DNA of 64,000 nt, from assembly GCF_009914755.1 (NCBI RefSeq), contig NC_060926.1, one strand, 5' to 3'. Shown here one piece after another: positions 13,828 to 28,509 of the stretch (position 1 is the stretch's first letter; every line of letters begins with the position of its first letter). Below the pieces are notes generated by a model that had not been told where the DNA came from, did no database searches, and was given only the letters and a program-made list of their open reading frames with translations. The DNA comes from the human T2T-CHM13v2.0 reference genome, Homo sapiens. The translations under genes and the position numbers were made by a program.

Positions 13828-15183
13828 TCATGCCAACCCATTTTCTTCTATGCCATCATTTTTCAGGGCTGTAAAGGAGGCCACTGCCAGGCTGGCTCAT
13901 AATTTTGATAATCAATTTTCTATTATTCCATATTTAGGTTGCCTCTGGTTGATTTTTCCTTATTCTAAGCCTATCGCAAGCTTTCTGAATTAAAAATATT
14001 TCCCTCTAAAAAATTCCATACACAACTACCAAGCCTGAATAATTTACGAGGTTTTCTTCATCTGTGTCCATTTGAAAGGTGAAAATTTGAATATTACTTT
14101 AACTTATATCCCCAAGAATATTAATTGCAATTTAAAAAATATTTATTGACGATTTTTATTTCTTCCTCTGAGGATTTTTCTAGTCTGATAGTCATTTGCC
14201 CATTGCAGTGTTTGTGTTTTTTCTTGCTAATTTCAAAGAGTTTGTCTTAATCTTATAAAGATATTGACCTTTTATTGCATACATGTAATACATATTTTTA
14301 AATGTTTTAACATTTGTATACTATGTGTTTATTTTTATTTTCATATACAACATGTTTGGGATACTAAGGTTTTTTTGTATGTAGTAAAATCTGCCAATAT
14401 TTTGCTTTATGATTTCTGCTTTGGTTAGCAGTACCTCATTGCTAAATTACATTTTTAAACTGCTGTACACTTAATAGCTTCTGCTACGTTGTCCCATATT
14501 ACATGTCCTATCCATATATATTATAATTAAATATTGATTGAATCCATTCTTAATGGTTCAGTTTAGTGCATCAAAATTTTTGTCACTGTATAAGAAGCAC
14601 TAGTTGCTCAAAGGAATCAATTATCCTACAAATATGAAAATCTTGTTCCTACCTTACATATGGGTTTAAGTAAAATGTCCTTTCTAATAGCTACAACAAT
14701 TATCATTAAGAAACATATGCTTAAACACATCAGTCTAGCAGAAATCATTTTTTCCTTCTGTAATTGCATCTTGCAGAAGTGTAGTCACTATTCACTTCAA
14801 AGTAGCAAGCAATCAAGAGAATGAATTAGAGAGAGTCCTTGTTTAATACCTAACCTCATGCCCCCTTGGCCTTCAGAGCAGCTGCTCCTTCGCTTGCCAA
14901 TTGAGAACCAGCTTCTCACCCTCAAACCATCAAAATAGCTTTCCAATGACTAAATTCAGCAAGCACATCTCTGATCCATCTGCCAGAGTATTTCGCTCTG
15001 CTGCCCTCTCCCACTGCCCTGCCACTCTCCCTCTTTTGGCTTCTGTGACCTACTCCTTCTAGTTTACACCCTGCCCCTTCTATCCCCCCCCCCCACCCCC
15101 CAGCTCCCCACCCCTTGTCCAAGGCCCTCTTCGTCCATTTCCCTTTGACTACAGATTCCAAGCTCAGCTTCCTTTGCTCTACC

Positions 15184-15310
15184 CTAGCTGTTCTCAAAGT
15201 GTGGTCCCTGGACCAGCAGCATCAACTGGAAACGTGTGAGAAATGCAGATACTCAAGCCTCGCCCCCAACCCACTGAATTGGAAATTCTGGGGTTAGAGC
15301 CCAAGCATTG
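15184..15310. mobile_element. MER5A
   Basis: 'ttctcaaagtgtggtccctggaccagcagcatca..gagaaatgcaga'. Confidence 0.8.
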
Positions 15311-15329
15311 CTCCATGTAATCTCATCAA

Positions 15330-15820
15330 AATTTCCAAGCCGTTTTCTCCAGGCCAAACATCTTTTGTGGGCTTTAGACCCACGAATTAAATTCCCCAAA
15401 GGGCATCTCCTTTTCTGATGTCTAACGGCCACCTCGACTCCTCTGGGTGAAAATCATATCATCATTTTATCCAACCTGCCCACCCCCCACCCCGCCTACC
15501 TCCATCATTACCTCTCTGGATAGACAGCACCTCCCAATATCTCACCTCCTGCCAGTTTGCTCACATCTCACCTTCTCCTGAGTCCTGCCCCATCACTGTT
15601 TGCAAGACTGCAAGCTGTCACCCACCCACCTCTATCCCCCAGTCCCGCTTATCCTGACCACTCTTTCTCCCGCATAGCACTCACCACCCCTCTACATATT
15701 TGGTGTCTAGAATGGAAGCTCTGTCAGGAGGGGATCTTTGTTTTGTTCACGGTATATCCCAGACATGCAGAATAACGCCGGACGTGGAGGCATGCATTAC
15801 AGATTTAAATGAGGGACTGA
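15330..15820 (+). mobile_element. LINE-2 3' fragments
   Basis: 'ctagaatggaagctctgtcaggagggatctttgttttgttcacggtatatcccag' is an L2 3'-end motif. Confidence 0.6.
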
Positions 15821-16545
15821 AACCCTCAGATTCACCGAGTTTTTCTTGCGTTAAGTTAGACTTAGAAAGCTAACTAAGGCATGACTTCATGAGTTACACA
15901 TTATATTGCTGAGTGGAAAAAGCAGATTATAGAATATTCTTCTAGTGTGATGCATTCATTTGCAATGTACGCACATAGAGCGTGCGCAGCCAGAGAGTGA
16001 CGTCTAGGAGGAGAGTCACCGAAACACTGTATTTAGTAGTTATCTCTGGTGATCTCATTCACACCTCCACCTCATGCACGTGCGTTTCAAACCCTACGGT
16101 GCCACGGGTCACGAATGAACTCACAGCCAGTTCCAGACGAAACGTTCCGTCATTATTTCCAGAATCTCAGCCGCTAGGTTTCGTCAGCTCCTTTTAGAAA
16201 ACCCTCCACACGCTTGTCTCCTGTAGCATTGCTCTTCCCTGGGTCTCCTCCTTCCTCTCTGCTACTTTTCTTCCTTTGCTTCCATCTCCCCTTCTCCCTC
16301 CCCTCCGTCACCACTCGCCCACTCACTGACACCCTCTTTCTTCGCTGGTCTTTCCTAAGGCCTTCCTCACTTCACAATCCTTCCGGAAAAGCCCAGCGAC
16401 TCCAGGGAAAGCCCAGGCCCTCCTGGTTTTACTCCACCCACCTGGGTCCTTAAGGACTCCTGGGCTGCAGCCTTACACGTCTAATTCCTGGCTGAACATT
16501 TTCACCTGGCCACTCAACTCCATGGGCACTTAAGAAAAACATCAC

Positions 16546-17030
<485 letters not shown>

Positions 17031-17464
17031 GAATTTTCATCTTTAAGTTGTTGAGTTTTCTATCCAAGCACATGTACACCTTTCCATTGATTTAAGTTCT
17101 ACTACTGTGTTTTTCAGAAGGATTTTAGAGCCTTCTTTATGCAGATGGTAGGCATTTGTTAAGTTTATTCCTGGCTATTTTATTCTCTTACTTGCCATCA
17201 TAAATTGGGTCTTCTCTCCTATTACGTCTTCTGTCTTGCTCTGCTTGATATTTATATGTTAATTTCATAACTGACTACTTCACTACATTTCAGCTTTTCC
17301 TTCCAGTACTAATGCCTTTTATTCCTCTCCCTTGTCAAAATGCAGGGGTTAATCATTTCAACACATTATAAGCAGTTGAAATAGTGGGCGTGTGTTTGTC
17401 TTATTGCTTACTTTAATCAGAAAGCCTCTCATGTTTTCCAATCAATAAGGTGCTAGCTTTGGGG

Positions 17465-17526
<62 letters not shown>

Positions 17527-17770
17527 ACACACATATATGTACCACATATATAAACATATACATATATACATACACACATATGAACACACACAGACATAAT
17601 CGAAGTAAGAAACTATCTGTCAAGTCCTGTTTGATGGAGAGAGTATTGTTTTCTATCAAATGCTTTGGTTTGGTTTGGTCGTGCATCTTTGGAGATGATT
17701 TTATGATTTTTCTCCTTATGTCTGTTAGTATGATGGATTATATTAATGGATTTCCTAATATTGCTTTGAC
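17031..17770 (-). mobile_element. Old L1M fragment
   Basis: 'ttgttaagtttattcctggctattttatt', 'tatcaaatgcttt', 'gattttcct' are typical of antisense L1 ORF2 remnants. Confidence 0.6.
17468..17595. repeat. (TA)n microsatellite followed by mixed TA/CA
   Basis: About 55 bp of pure TA, then cacac/tata mix. Confidence 0.95.
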
Positions 17771-17899
17771 TTTGCTGTATTAGTTATCTATTGCTACATA
17801 ACAAGTCATCTCAAAACTTAATGGCTTAAAATAACAATAAACATTTATTTTCCCACAGTTTTTGAGAATCAGGAATCTGGGAAGAGGTTCTCTGGATTA

Positions 17900-18890
17900 G
17901 CTAGACATGGATCAGCAGCAACTATTAACATCACCAAAAAAAAGACAGTCGACCATTGTATGCCTCCTGATGGAAGGGGTTGCTTAGAAAATTGAGCTCA
18001 GATTTGATCAAGTCTTGAGCCAGCTACCAATCATAAATACAAAGAACAGAAGGACATGTAAAAGGCACCATGAAGAAGCAGTAGCTAAATCCAAACCACA
18101 GGAGACTCTACGGGACAAATACTCTAATTTTCCAACATATGAATGTTAAGGAAAAAGACAGCCAGGTGCAATGGCTCATACCTGTAATCCCAGCACTTTG
18201 GAAGGCCAAAGGAGGAGAATCACTTGAAACCAGGAGTTTGAGAACAGCCCAGGCAACATAGCAAGACAACATCTCAAACAAAAAATTTAAAACTTAGCCG
18301 GGCATGGTGGCACATGACTGTAGTCTCAGTTACTTGAGAAACTGATAGGGAAGGATCACTTGATCCCAGGAGTTTGAGGTTGCAGTGAGCTATGATCGTG
18401 CCACTGTACTCCAGCCTAGGTGACAGAACAAGACCTGCCTCTAAAAATAATAATAATCAAAGAGAAAGAGAGAGATGTAGGGGAAAAGAGATAGAAAGAG
18501 ATTTGAGAAGCATATTATTCAATCACAACAAAGGGATCTTACTTGGATCCTGACTCAAAGAAATCATAAGAAAAAATTATAAGATAATTGAAAATTTGAT
18601 CACTGGCTGAATATCAGATCATATTAAGGAATCATTGTTAATTTTTTTAGCTGCAATAACAGCATTTTTAGTATTTCTTTAATTCCTCATATTTTATAGA
18701 CATATCCTAAACTATTAATAGATAACAGAATATGATATCTTGGATTCGTTTCAAAATAATATGGAAGTGGGAGGTGGGTACAGAAGAAGCAATAAATATT
18801 GGCCACGACTGGTTGCTGTTGAAATTGGATAATGGCCCCTTGGGGCTTCATCACCCTTTTCTGGGTACTTTTGCATGCATGTGACATTTT
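17900..18890 (+). mobile_element. L1M (MC/ME-type) 3' region, interrupted by an Alu
   Basis: 'cctcctgatg', 'cttacttggatcctgactcaaa', 'taaggaatcattgttaattttt'. Confidence 0.55.
18160..18460 (+). mobile_element. Alu (AluJ)
   Basis: J-type 'ggcaacatagcaagac', 'gtgagctatgatcgtgcc'. Confidence 0.9.
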
Positions 18891-19094
18891 GCCATATGAT
18901 TCGCCTTCCAAACATCTGCACACATCATTTTCTTGACCCATTCTGACCTGCCCCTTTTCCTCAAAGTTTTATTTCAGTTAACCACATCACCTTCTGCCCA
19001 GGCACCTAAACCAGAAAGCTTAAAACACAACCAGTTCTCATTTCACAAAATCTGTCAAATCCCGCATCCTGATGGTTTGTATGTTTTAAGGTTT

Positions 19095-19440
19095 TTTTTT
19101 TTTTTAAGGTAAAATTCAGATAACATGCAATTGACTCTTTAGAGGTGCACAGTTCAGCGGCATTTAGTGTTTTCCCAGCGTTAGGCATCCGCCACCTCTC
19201 TCTAGTTGCTAAACTTTTCATCACATCCGAGAAATACCCTGTACCATTAAAGTCATCACTCCCATTCCCCACTCTCCCACCCTTTGGTAACCATGAATGT
19301 GCTTTCTAGCTCCGTGGACTTGCCTATTAGGAATATCTTATATATAAGGAGTCATGCAAGCTGCGGTCTTTTGCAACTGACTTCTTTCACTTAGCGTAAT
19401 GTTTGTGAGGTTCACCCAAGTTGTACCATGTGTCAGTACT
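19095..19440 (-). mobile_element. L1MB-type 3' fragment
   Basis: 'gtgcacagttcagcggcatttagt', 'gacttctttcacttagcgtaatgttt'. Confidence 0.75.
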
Positions 19441-19789
19441 TATCTAAATTATTTTAATTGCTCCCTTTAGTTTTATCTCTACCACCCCTCCTCTGTCTGC
19501 TTCAGGCCTTTATCTCCTCTTCCCTCGTCCTTCTCTCTTCTCTCTTCCTTCTTCCCTCACTGTTGCCTTGAACAGCTTCCAAGTGGTCTCGCTGCCTCCA
19601 GTCTTGCTCTCCCACCCATCCTCCTTATTGCAGCCAAAGTGATCGTGTCTTTTTCCATCACATCCCGCTCCCGTCAGCCAACCATTCTTCCATCAAGATT
19701 CATGTCTAAGTCTGATTAAAGCGCTGTTCTCCATTATTCTTTCTTCTCTCTTATTTTCTTGATCACATTCATTCTATCTATCCTAACGT

Positions 19790-20630
19790 TTACAACACTC
19801 CTTGTCACATCCATTGCAGCATTGCTTTCATTAGCCAAACACTGAGAATAACCTAAAAGCCATCAATAGGGCCAGGGTTGGAGTAATTCTGCTACACCCA
19901 CAGGATGAAATGTGACAATAATGCAACTGTTAAGGGAAATGAGGGTAAGAGAAAGTGACATCAGGAACTTCCTGGTGTGAGGCGCTGAGATGGCAGCATC
20001 ACTTAGGCAGGACTCCTGCCAAAATGAATCACCTGACTCTAGCAATGAGGAAACATTCAGATGAATTCAAACTGAGGGACAGTCTACAAAACTGGCCTGT
20101 GTGCCTTAAAAGATCTCGGTGTCTTGGAGAGAGGATGAGCAATAGTTAAAGAGACTGAAGACGTAGGACAACCAAAGGCAGTGAGTGTCCCTGAATTGGA
20201 TCCCAAATCAGAAGAATAAATTGCAATTAAGGACACTATCGGGATGACTGGGGGACTATCAATATAGACTTACATGGTATCTTGCTTTAAGGTGTTTTTA
20301 TAGAAAGCTTTAAGGTGTTTTTATGTATATTTGATAGTGGTATTAGATGGATGTTAAATTCCCTGAAAATGATTTGTACTCTGCACGTATGAGAGAATGC
20401 CCTTGCTCTCTGGAGATACACACTGAGATATTTAGTGATAAAAGATGAAGATGTCCCCCAACTTAGTCCCAAATGTCTCTGCAATAATAGCAATCCTTAT
20501 GTGCATATATGTACACACACTTATGTATATGAGAGAGAGTGTATGCTTAAATGTGGCAGAACGTGAACAACTTGGTAAAACTAGGTAAAGGCTATATACA
20601 AAATCATTGCATTATTATTTTTCTGTAAGC
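19790..20630 (+). mobile_element. Old L1M 3' fragments
   Basis: 'cattgcagcattgctttcattagccaaac', 'gaattggatccc', 'gagagaatgcccttgctct'. Confidence 0.5.
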
Positions 20631-20979
20631 TGGAAGAAGTCCAGGGAGACTCACATGAATCACAAGCTGTTCACAGTGGCTGCTGCGCAGGGCAGTCCTG
20701 GCTTCCACAGCGTGTCCTAAAATGCGATACTTACAAGCCTCCCTTCCTCTTACAAACCTCCCTTCATGGACAATAAGCCACTTGGTCACCAGCTGTAGGA
20801 ATGGGTTAAGAGGAACAGAGGATTTTACATTTAACTTCATATAAATTTGTAAAGTTTTAATTTTTTAATGGTGATCACTGATTATTTTATAATAAAATAG
20901 TCTTTTTAAAAGTATAAACAGTTTATCACTTACAAATTCTATCTAATCTGTAACCTAGAGGAGTGGATAATGAATTACT

Positions 20980-22150
<1,171 letters not shown>

Positions 22151-22552
22151 ATGAAGATTTAAAGATATGCTAAAGAACTATCTCACAATATTATTACACC
22201 ATCCAGAGGGGATCCTGACAACATAGAATAAAATTCCTGCACCCCGACAAAAACGGAGATCAATATCTCGACAGCAATTTCATTCTAAGGCACAAAATGT
22301 GGCTGGAATATTGAAGAGTCTAGACAGAGCAGCCCACAGACATGCATGTGGGTCAAACCCAGCCAGAAACACAGCCCACATGTGGGATGGGTTCATTCAA
22401 TAATTTTACACCTGCCAATGTGTTTTGGGGAGAAATCATGGCAGCCTCTCAGATGCATGACTTTTGGTCCCAACTTCCTCTTTGAATTAGTGACTAATGA
22501 ATGGGAGGAGGAGTGACAAAGTCTTCTTTGTCATGTAAAAGTGAATCTACTT

Positions 22553-22794
22553 GCGGGGGACAGTGGCTCACGCTTGTAATCCTAGCACTTTGGGAGGCCG
22601 AGGTGGGTGGATCACGAGGTCAGGAGTTCGAGACCAGCCTGGCCAGCATGGCGAAACTCCATCTCTACTCAGGAGGCTGAGGCAGAAGAATCTCTTGAAC
22701 CCAGGAGGCAGAGGTTGCAGTGAGTGAGTAGAGATCGCGCCGCTGCACTCCAGCCTGGGCGACAGAGTGAGACTCCATCCCAAAAAAAAAAAAA
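22553..22794 (+). mobile_element. Alu with internal deletion of the linker
   Basis: 'catctctactcaggaggctgagg' joins the left monomer end to the right monomer; TSD gtgaatctactt. Confidence 0.92.
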
Positions 22795-22894
22795 ATGGTG
22801 AATCTACTTATTTCAAAATGGGAAGGTCAAAATCAGAAAACTCTTCTAATCCCTGCAGCACATCAAAGCTCCAGGTATACTCAGCATATACTAA

Positions 22895-23050
22895 ACAGTA
22901 CTCAAGTTGCATTCATTAGAATCACCCGGGGAAAACTTATTAAACATGCAAATTCCTGAGCACCACAGTCAGCCATTCTGATTCAAGAAGAGTGAGATGG
23001 GGCTTTGCATTCTGTGTCTTTAGCAAACTTCCCCCAGATGATTCAGCTTT
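22895..23050. mobile_element. MER5-type hAT element
   Basis: 'cattagaatcacccgggg..taaacatgcaaattcctg..ttctgattcaag..ccagatgattc'. Confidence 0.7.
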
Positions 23051-23164
23051 ATGTACCCTGTGCAACGTGATCTGAAAAAGAATAAAACAGATTATTAATT
23101 AGACAATCTCCACTTCCCACTCAACAACAGCTTTGGTTATGTGCAACCAAAAGCTGTTTGTATA

Positions 23165-23352
23165 GGGGGTGGTTGGTTTGTTGGTTGTTGGAGGGGAGGG
23201 GTGTGAGTGGGTTGCCTGGTTAATTGGTTGGTGGGAGGGTGGGTTGGTTAGTTGGTTGGTGGGTATGGGGGAGTAGGTTGGCTGGTTAGTTAGTTGGTTA
23301 GTGGGTGGGTGGATAGGTTGATTGGTTGGTTGGTTGGTGTGTTGTTTGGTTG
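23165..23352 (+). repeat. (GGTT)n-like G/T-rich low-complexity tract
   Basis: ggttggttt/gttggttgg repeats are directly visible. Confidence 0.85.
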
Positions 23353-23689
23353 CCTAGAATGTTTGTTTTCTCAAAACTCTAACTGGAATTTCTGTCCATT
23401 CTCTCCCATTTGGCTTCTGCTCTCCATATTAGAAATATGGCATCTTCATTGGACATCTTCCCATTTCATCCTTGTCTTTCACATCAGAATAAGGCCTTAA
23501 CACATGAAGGAGGAGCCCCCTGCAGTCAGCTCTTTTCTTCAAATCTAGCTGTTCTAGAAACCTGTCCTGAGTTATTTTAGGACCAAACACTAAGCCTAGT
23601 GTCTGGCTTTTGGTTGATTTTCCTCATAACTTGCCAGAGGGAGAATGAGCGTAATTGTAGTAGAAAGAACACTTCTTAGACAAAGTTAG

Positions 23690-24195
23690 TGTGGTAGTTA
23701 ATTTTATGTATCAACTTCATCAACTACAGAGTGCCCAGACATTTGGTCAGACATTATTCCGGGTGTGTCTTTGAAGATGTTTCTGGATGAGATCAGCATT
23801 TGAATCAGTCCAGTGAGTGAAGCAGACGGCCTGCCCTAATGCGGGTGGGCCTCATCCAATCAGTTGACAGCCAGAATAGAACAAAAAGGCTGACTCTCCC
23901 TCGAGTAAGGGAAGACTTCCACCTGCCTGACTGCCTTTGAGCTGGGGCATTGTTTGTTTGATTTTTTTCTGCCTTTGGACTCAAACTGCAACGTCAGCTC
24001 TTTTTGGGTCTCGAGCCTGCTAGCTTTTGGACTGGAACTACACTCTTGGCTCTCCCAGGTCTCCAGCTTGCCAACTACAGATCTAGGAACTTGTCAGGCC
24101 TCATAACCACATGAGCCAATACCTTTAAAAAATTATATACATATATATATATGAATCCTATTGTTCTGTTCCTCTGAAGAACCTTGACTTACACA
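23690..24195 (+). mobile_element. ERVL solo LTR (MLT2C-like)
   Basis: tgtggtagttaattttatgtatcaact ... agaaccttgacttacaca; similar to 2330-2760. Confidence 0.85.
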
Positions 24196-25319
24196 AGCAG
24201 CAATAGGAAACAAACACGCTCCTTTCACAGAAGAGAGATCTACAATCTAGAGAAGCAAAGGGAACTTGACAGAGCTCACACAGTTTGTGTTAGGACAGGA
24301 TTCAAGACCAGATGCCCTCCTGCAGAGCCTGGACTCCCGCCTCAGACCTCTTCACCATGTCATGCTGCTCCCACTTCCTTGCCTGCCGTGGCTCATGACC
24401 AATGTAAGATGATCATTGAAGATGATTGACTAAAGATGACAGCAGGCCCAGTAAGAGAATATCAGTTTCTTTAATGGCAAAGGGTACCCCACATCTGGAG
24501 ATGCCTGATGTGCTCCAGATGCAGAGCAGCTCCTGACACCTGGCAGATTTCTCGCTCCTGGCGGGAGAGGTCAGCCACCTGCAGGCTCAGTGTGTGCTGC
24601 TCTGAGCTTCTAGAAAGCACATGCTGGGCCATCTCCTGCCTTAGGTAGACACCTGGTCCCCATGCCCTCCTCTATTGAGTGTCTCTGGTGTTCTTCTGTC
24701 AGTCAATCATAGTGCCAGTGACCATCATACACTCACCTGTTAGAAAAGAAAAGGGCCCAAATGATAATGAAGGGCTGGAATTTCTTCTACCACATGGATC
24801 TCTGCAGGACCAGTCATGTTAAAGACCACAATAAAGGCTAGCACTCCAGGGTCACTGTACTAAGACCCTCGTCCTGCCCAGTGCCAAGAGAAGTCAGTGA
24901 GAATTAAACTCTAAGAAGCCCCCTGAATTGGAGGAAATGCTAGCATTTGTCCTCTGAAGCTGCCAGCTGCATGAGTGCACAGCTGCTGGTTGAATTCCGT
25001 GGCTGAGGTTGGATGCCTGCCTGACCTGGCCTCGCCAATGCTGGGTATACAGCAGAGGGGATAGTCTCAAATCAGGCCATCAGAAGAGTGGTGGGCAATC
25101 TCAAAGAGAAGGCACAGCTGGGAAGAAAATTTTCCATCTGCCCTGAGTAGAGGGAGGAGAAATAGGTCAGGCCAGACAATGTAGGGGCTGTCCGCGGACG
25201 GTGATCTGAAAATGAATCACTTCTGTGTTGAGCAGAGGCTAGGTCAAATTTTCCAGAAAGGGCAGAATTCCCAGTTGGGTAAACTATTGGGACATAGAAA
25301 AGACACATCGTTGGCACAG

Positions 25320-25775
<456 letters not shown>

Positions 25776-27206
25776 TGCAAACTATTCTTAAGATTGTATC
25801 CATTGATATTAATAAGGGCTAATTGTCTGGCCCATAGTACAGTTTTGGGGCAGTGTCTATTGAAGAATTCCTAACTTATCTTGCAAGGACTATTATGCAC
25901 TTAGTGAAATTTAATCCCATAGCCATCCCATAAGTGGCCATTGGGAGCTCCTTTTACAGTTAAGAAGACAGTCTCTAGAGCTTCCAGAACTCGTTCATGT
26001 ACATTCCAGTCCCTGCCAGGGGACAGTCAGCGTGTGATGGAGCGCTGGGCCTGTGCTTATCCAACCCCGGCTCCCCAGCTCCTTCTTCGCCTGCTGTTTT
26101 CCATCTCAGCCTCCTCTTCATGGAGGGGTGAAAGGAAACCAGCCCCTGCCCCGCTGATCCCCATTCACAGAGGCCGTTTTTGTGGCCAGCCTGGGCTCGA
26201 CATGACCAGCGTGGCAATGTGGACCTCTCTCCGCCGGCGCTGCCCATGTCCAGGCCCCCGCGAGCGCCTCCCCTGCTTCCCCGGCATTGTCCGAGGCCTG
26301 GCGGAAGAGAGGCTTCCCAGTGCTTCCCGCGGCCTGGGAATGTACAGTGAAGTCACCAGCCTGCGAAAGAAAAGGCCTCTGTCTCCCGGGTGACGGGGCT
26401 CTATTCGGGGATGCGCATTATGCAGCCCTGGTCCTCACAAAGAAAGTCGCGACTGTTCGGGGCACGTCATCTGGCCTGGCAGCTCTGAGAGGGGACATTT
26501 CATTTCCGCTCTGCATGTTCCCTCCTGCCCCCTGAATGGCTCTGGGCTGTGTGGCCACACAGTGACCCACTGCCTTTCTGCCAGGATGGTGCGAGCCACC
26601 CAGAGAGAAAAGTCCTGATTAGCACTTTCCCACGCGTGCCTCAGCCTGGCCAGGCATCCGCCGCAGGCAGAGGCGTTCCTGTGGCTCTGGGGTCCACAGT
26701 GGCTCTTGCTCCAGGCCTGGACGACAAGCTCTTACAGGCAGTAAGAGACATTGCCCTGTCTTGGTTCTTGGGGATGAGACCACAGGAGCTGCGAGCCCTG
26801 AGTGGGGGTCTGGCTGTAATGAAGGCCAGCAAGGCAGATGGTCAGGGCCAATGCCACGTCCACCCAGCAAAGCCAGAACAGGGACCAGGCTAGCGGCTGG
26901 GTTAGTGCAGAGCAGACAGCCGATCCTAGAGGGGCAAGATGAGACAGCACAGATCAGACCAAGGCCAAGTCCAGCAGCAGTGAGCAAGGGGTGGACATGT
27001 CCAAAACAGGGAAGTCAAAGTCGGTCTTGATCAGCTTCTCAAATGGACTAAGGGCCACCTATGTCAGAATCACAAAGTGAGACTGTTAAAAATACACAAT
27101 TTAGGTTCCTACCCCAGACCAACAGAAAAAGAAGCTGCAAAGCTCTGGCCTGGGAATGGGCATTGTAAAAAAAAAGAGTTCTAGAGGGGCCACTTGAGCT
27201 CATTAA

Positions 27207-27338
27207 AACATATGTATGCCTAGTGTTCCATTATTGGAACACTGAGCATATGGGAGTTATTTATTCCCTACTGCTCAAGGTCATTGCCAAGGTCTGATTG
27301 CAAAAACTCAAAAAATAGCAACCTCAGGCACAAATGGG
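27207..27338 (+). mobile_element. MER85 (piggyBac/PGBD3-derived MITE)
   Basis: 'tatgcctagtgttccattattggaac..ctcaaggtcattgccaaggtctgattgcaaaaa..cctcaggcacaaatggg' between ttaa (27203) and ttaa (27339). Confidence 0.9.
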
Positions 27339-27616
27339 TTAAACTAGAAAGAGGTGTGTGAAGAAAAGCTCATAGGTTGCTTTCTCTAGACAGTGGGAAG
27401 ACTAGAACCGTATAAAGTATTTTTTAATCTCCCTTCTCTCATCTTATTATTTATTTTGCCTCTTTTCACTCCTTTTTAACCACCCCATCCTAGGCAACCA
27501 GGCCAATGGATAATATGCATCTTGTTATTTAGATGTAACCTTAGAAAGTGCCTGTTTCTTGGTGTGTACCTGTATGACTTCCACAAATAAGGTTGCCTTG
27601 CCTAGCTGCTTCTTAA

Positions 27617-27878
<262 letters not shown>

Positions 27879-28509
27879 TGCTGCTTAATTTTTTCATACT
27901 GCACAAAGGTGCATTCATGTGGCTAAGTGCACCCCTCCTCCATCGATTGGAAGGACTATACAGATCCCTGTGGTGTCTGCCACATTCTATCTCATCACCC
28001 CCCAAGTGATGGGTGCCCAGTTGTCTTCATACCCCACCACATACAGATAAACACACTGAGCTATGCCCTCATCGACACAGAGAAGATTGGTGGTGGTATG
28101 CGTGTGCATATAAATTCCACAGAATCCCACGGAATTCCAAGGGCATGCTTACCTGAACTCTTCCAGATTGATCTCTCAAGGAATGTACCAGTCTACCCTC
28201 CTAACATCAGAGCATGGGGGTCCCCGTAGGCCACAGCCCTGCCAACATGAGCACTATCCAGCTGCTATTCTTCCAATTTTTGCCAGTCTAATAAAGTGAA
28301 GTCTCATTATAGTTTTAATTTGCATTTCTTTCTGTAGGGGAGTTGAAGTATCTCTTCACATGATTGTTATTCTTTGAGTTTTTTTCTTCTGTAAATTGCC
28401 TGTTCGTATCCTTGTCTTGTTGGTTTGCAGTATTTCCTTACATATTCTAAGTATTCTTTCCTTTTCAATTACAGACAAATGCCTTTTCCCACTTTGATAT
28501 ATTTTTATT

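Noticed and set aside
25941-26393. 150-aa ORF in the GC-rich segment
   Set aside because: Non-ATG start, no recognisable domain; overlapping ORFs in several frames reflect GC content.
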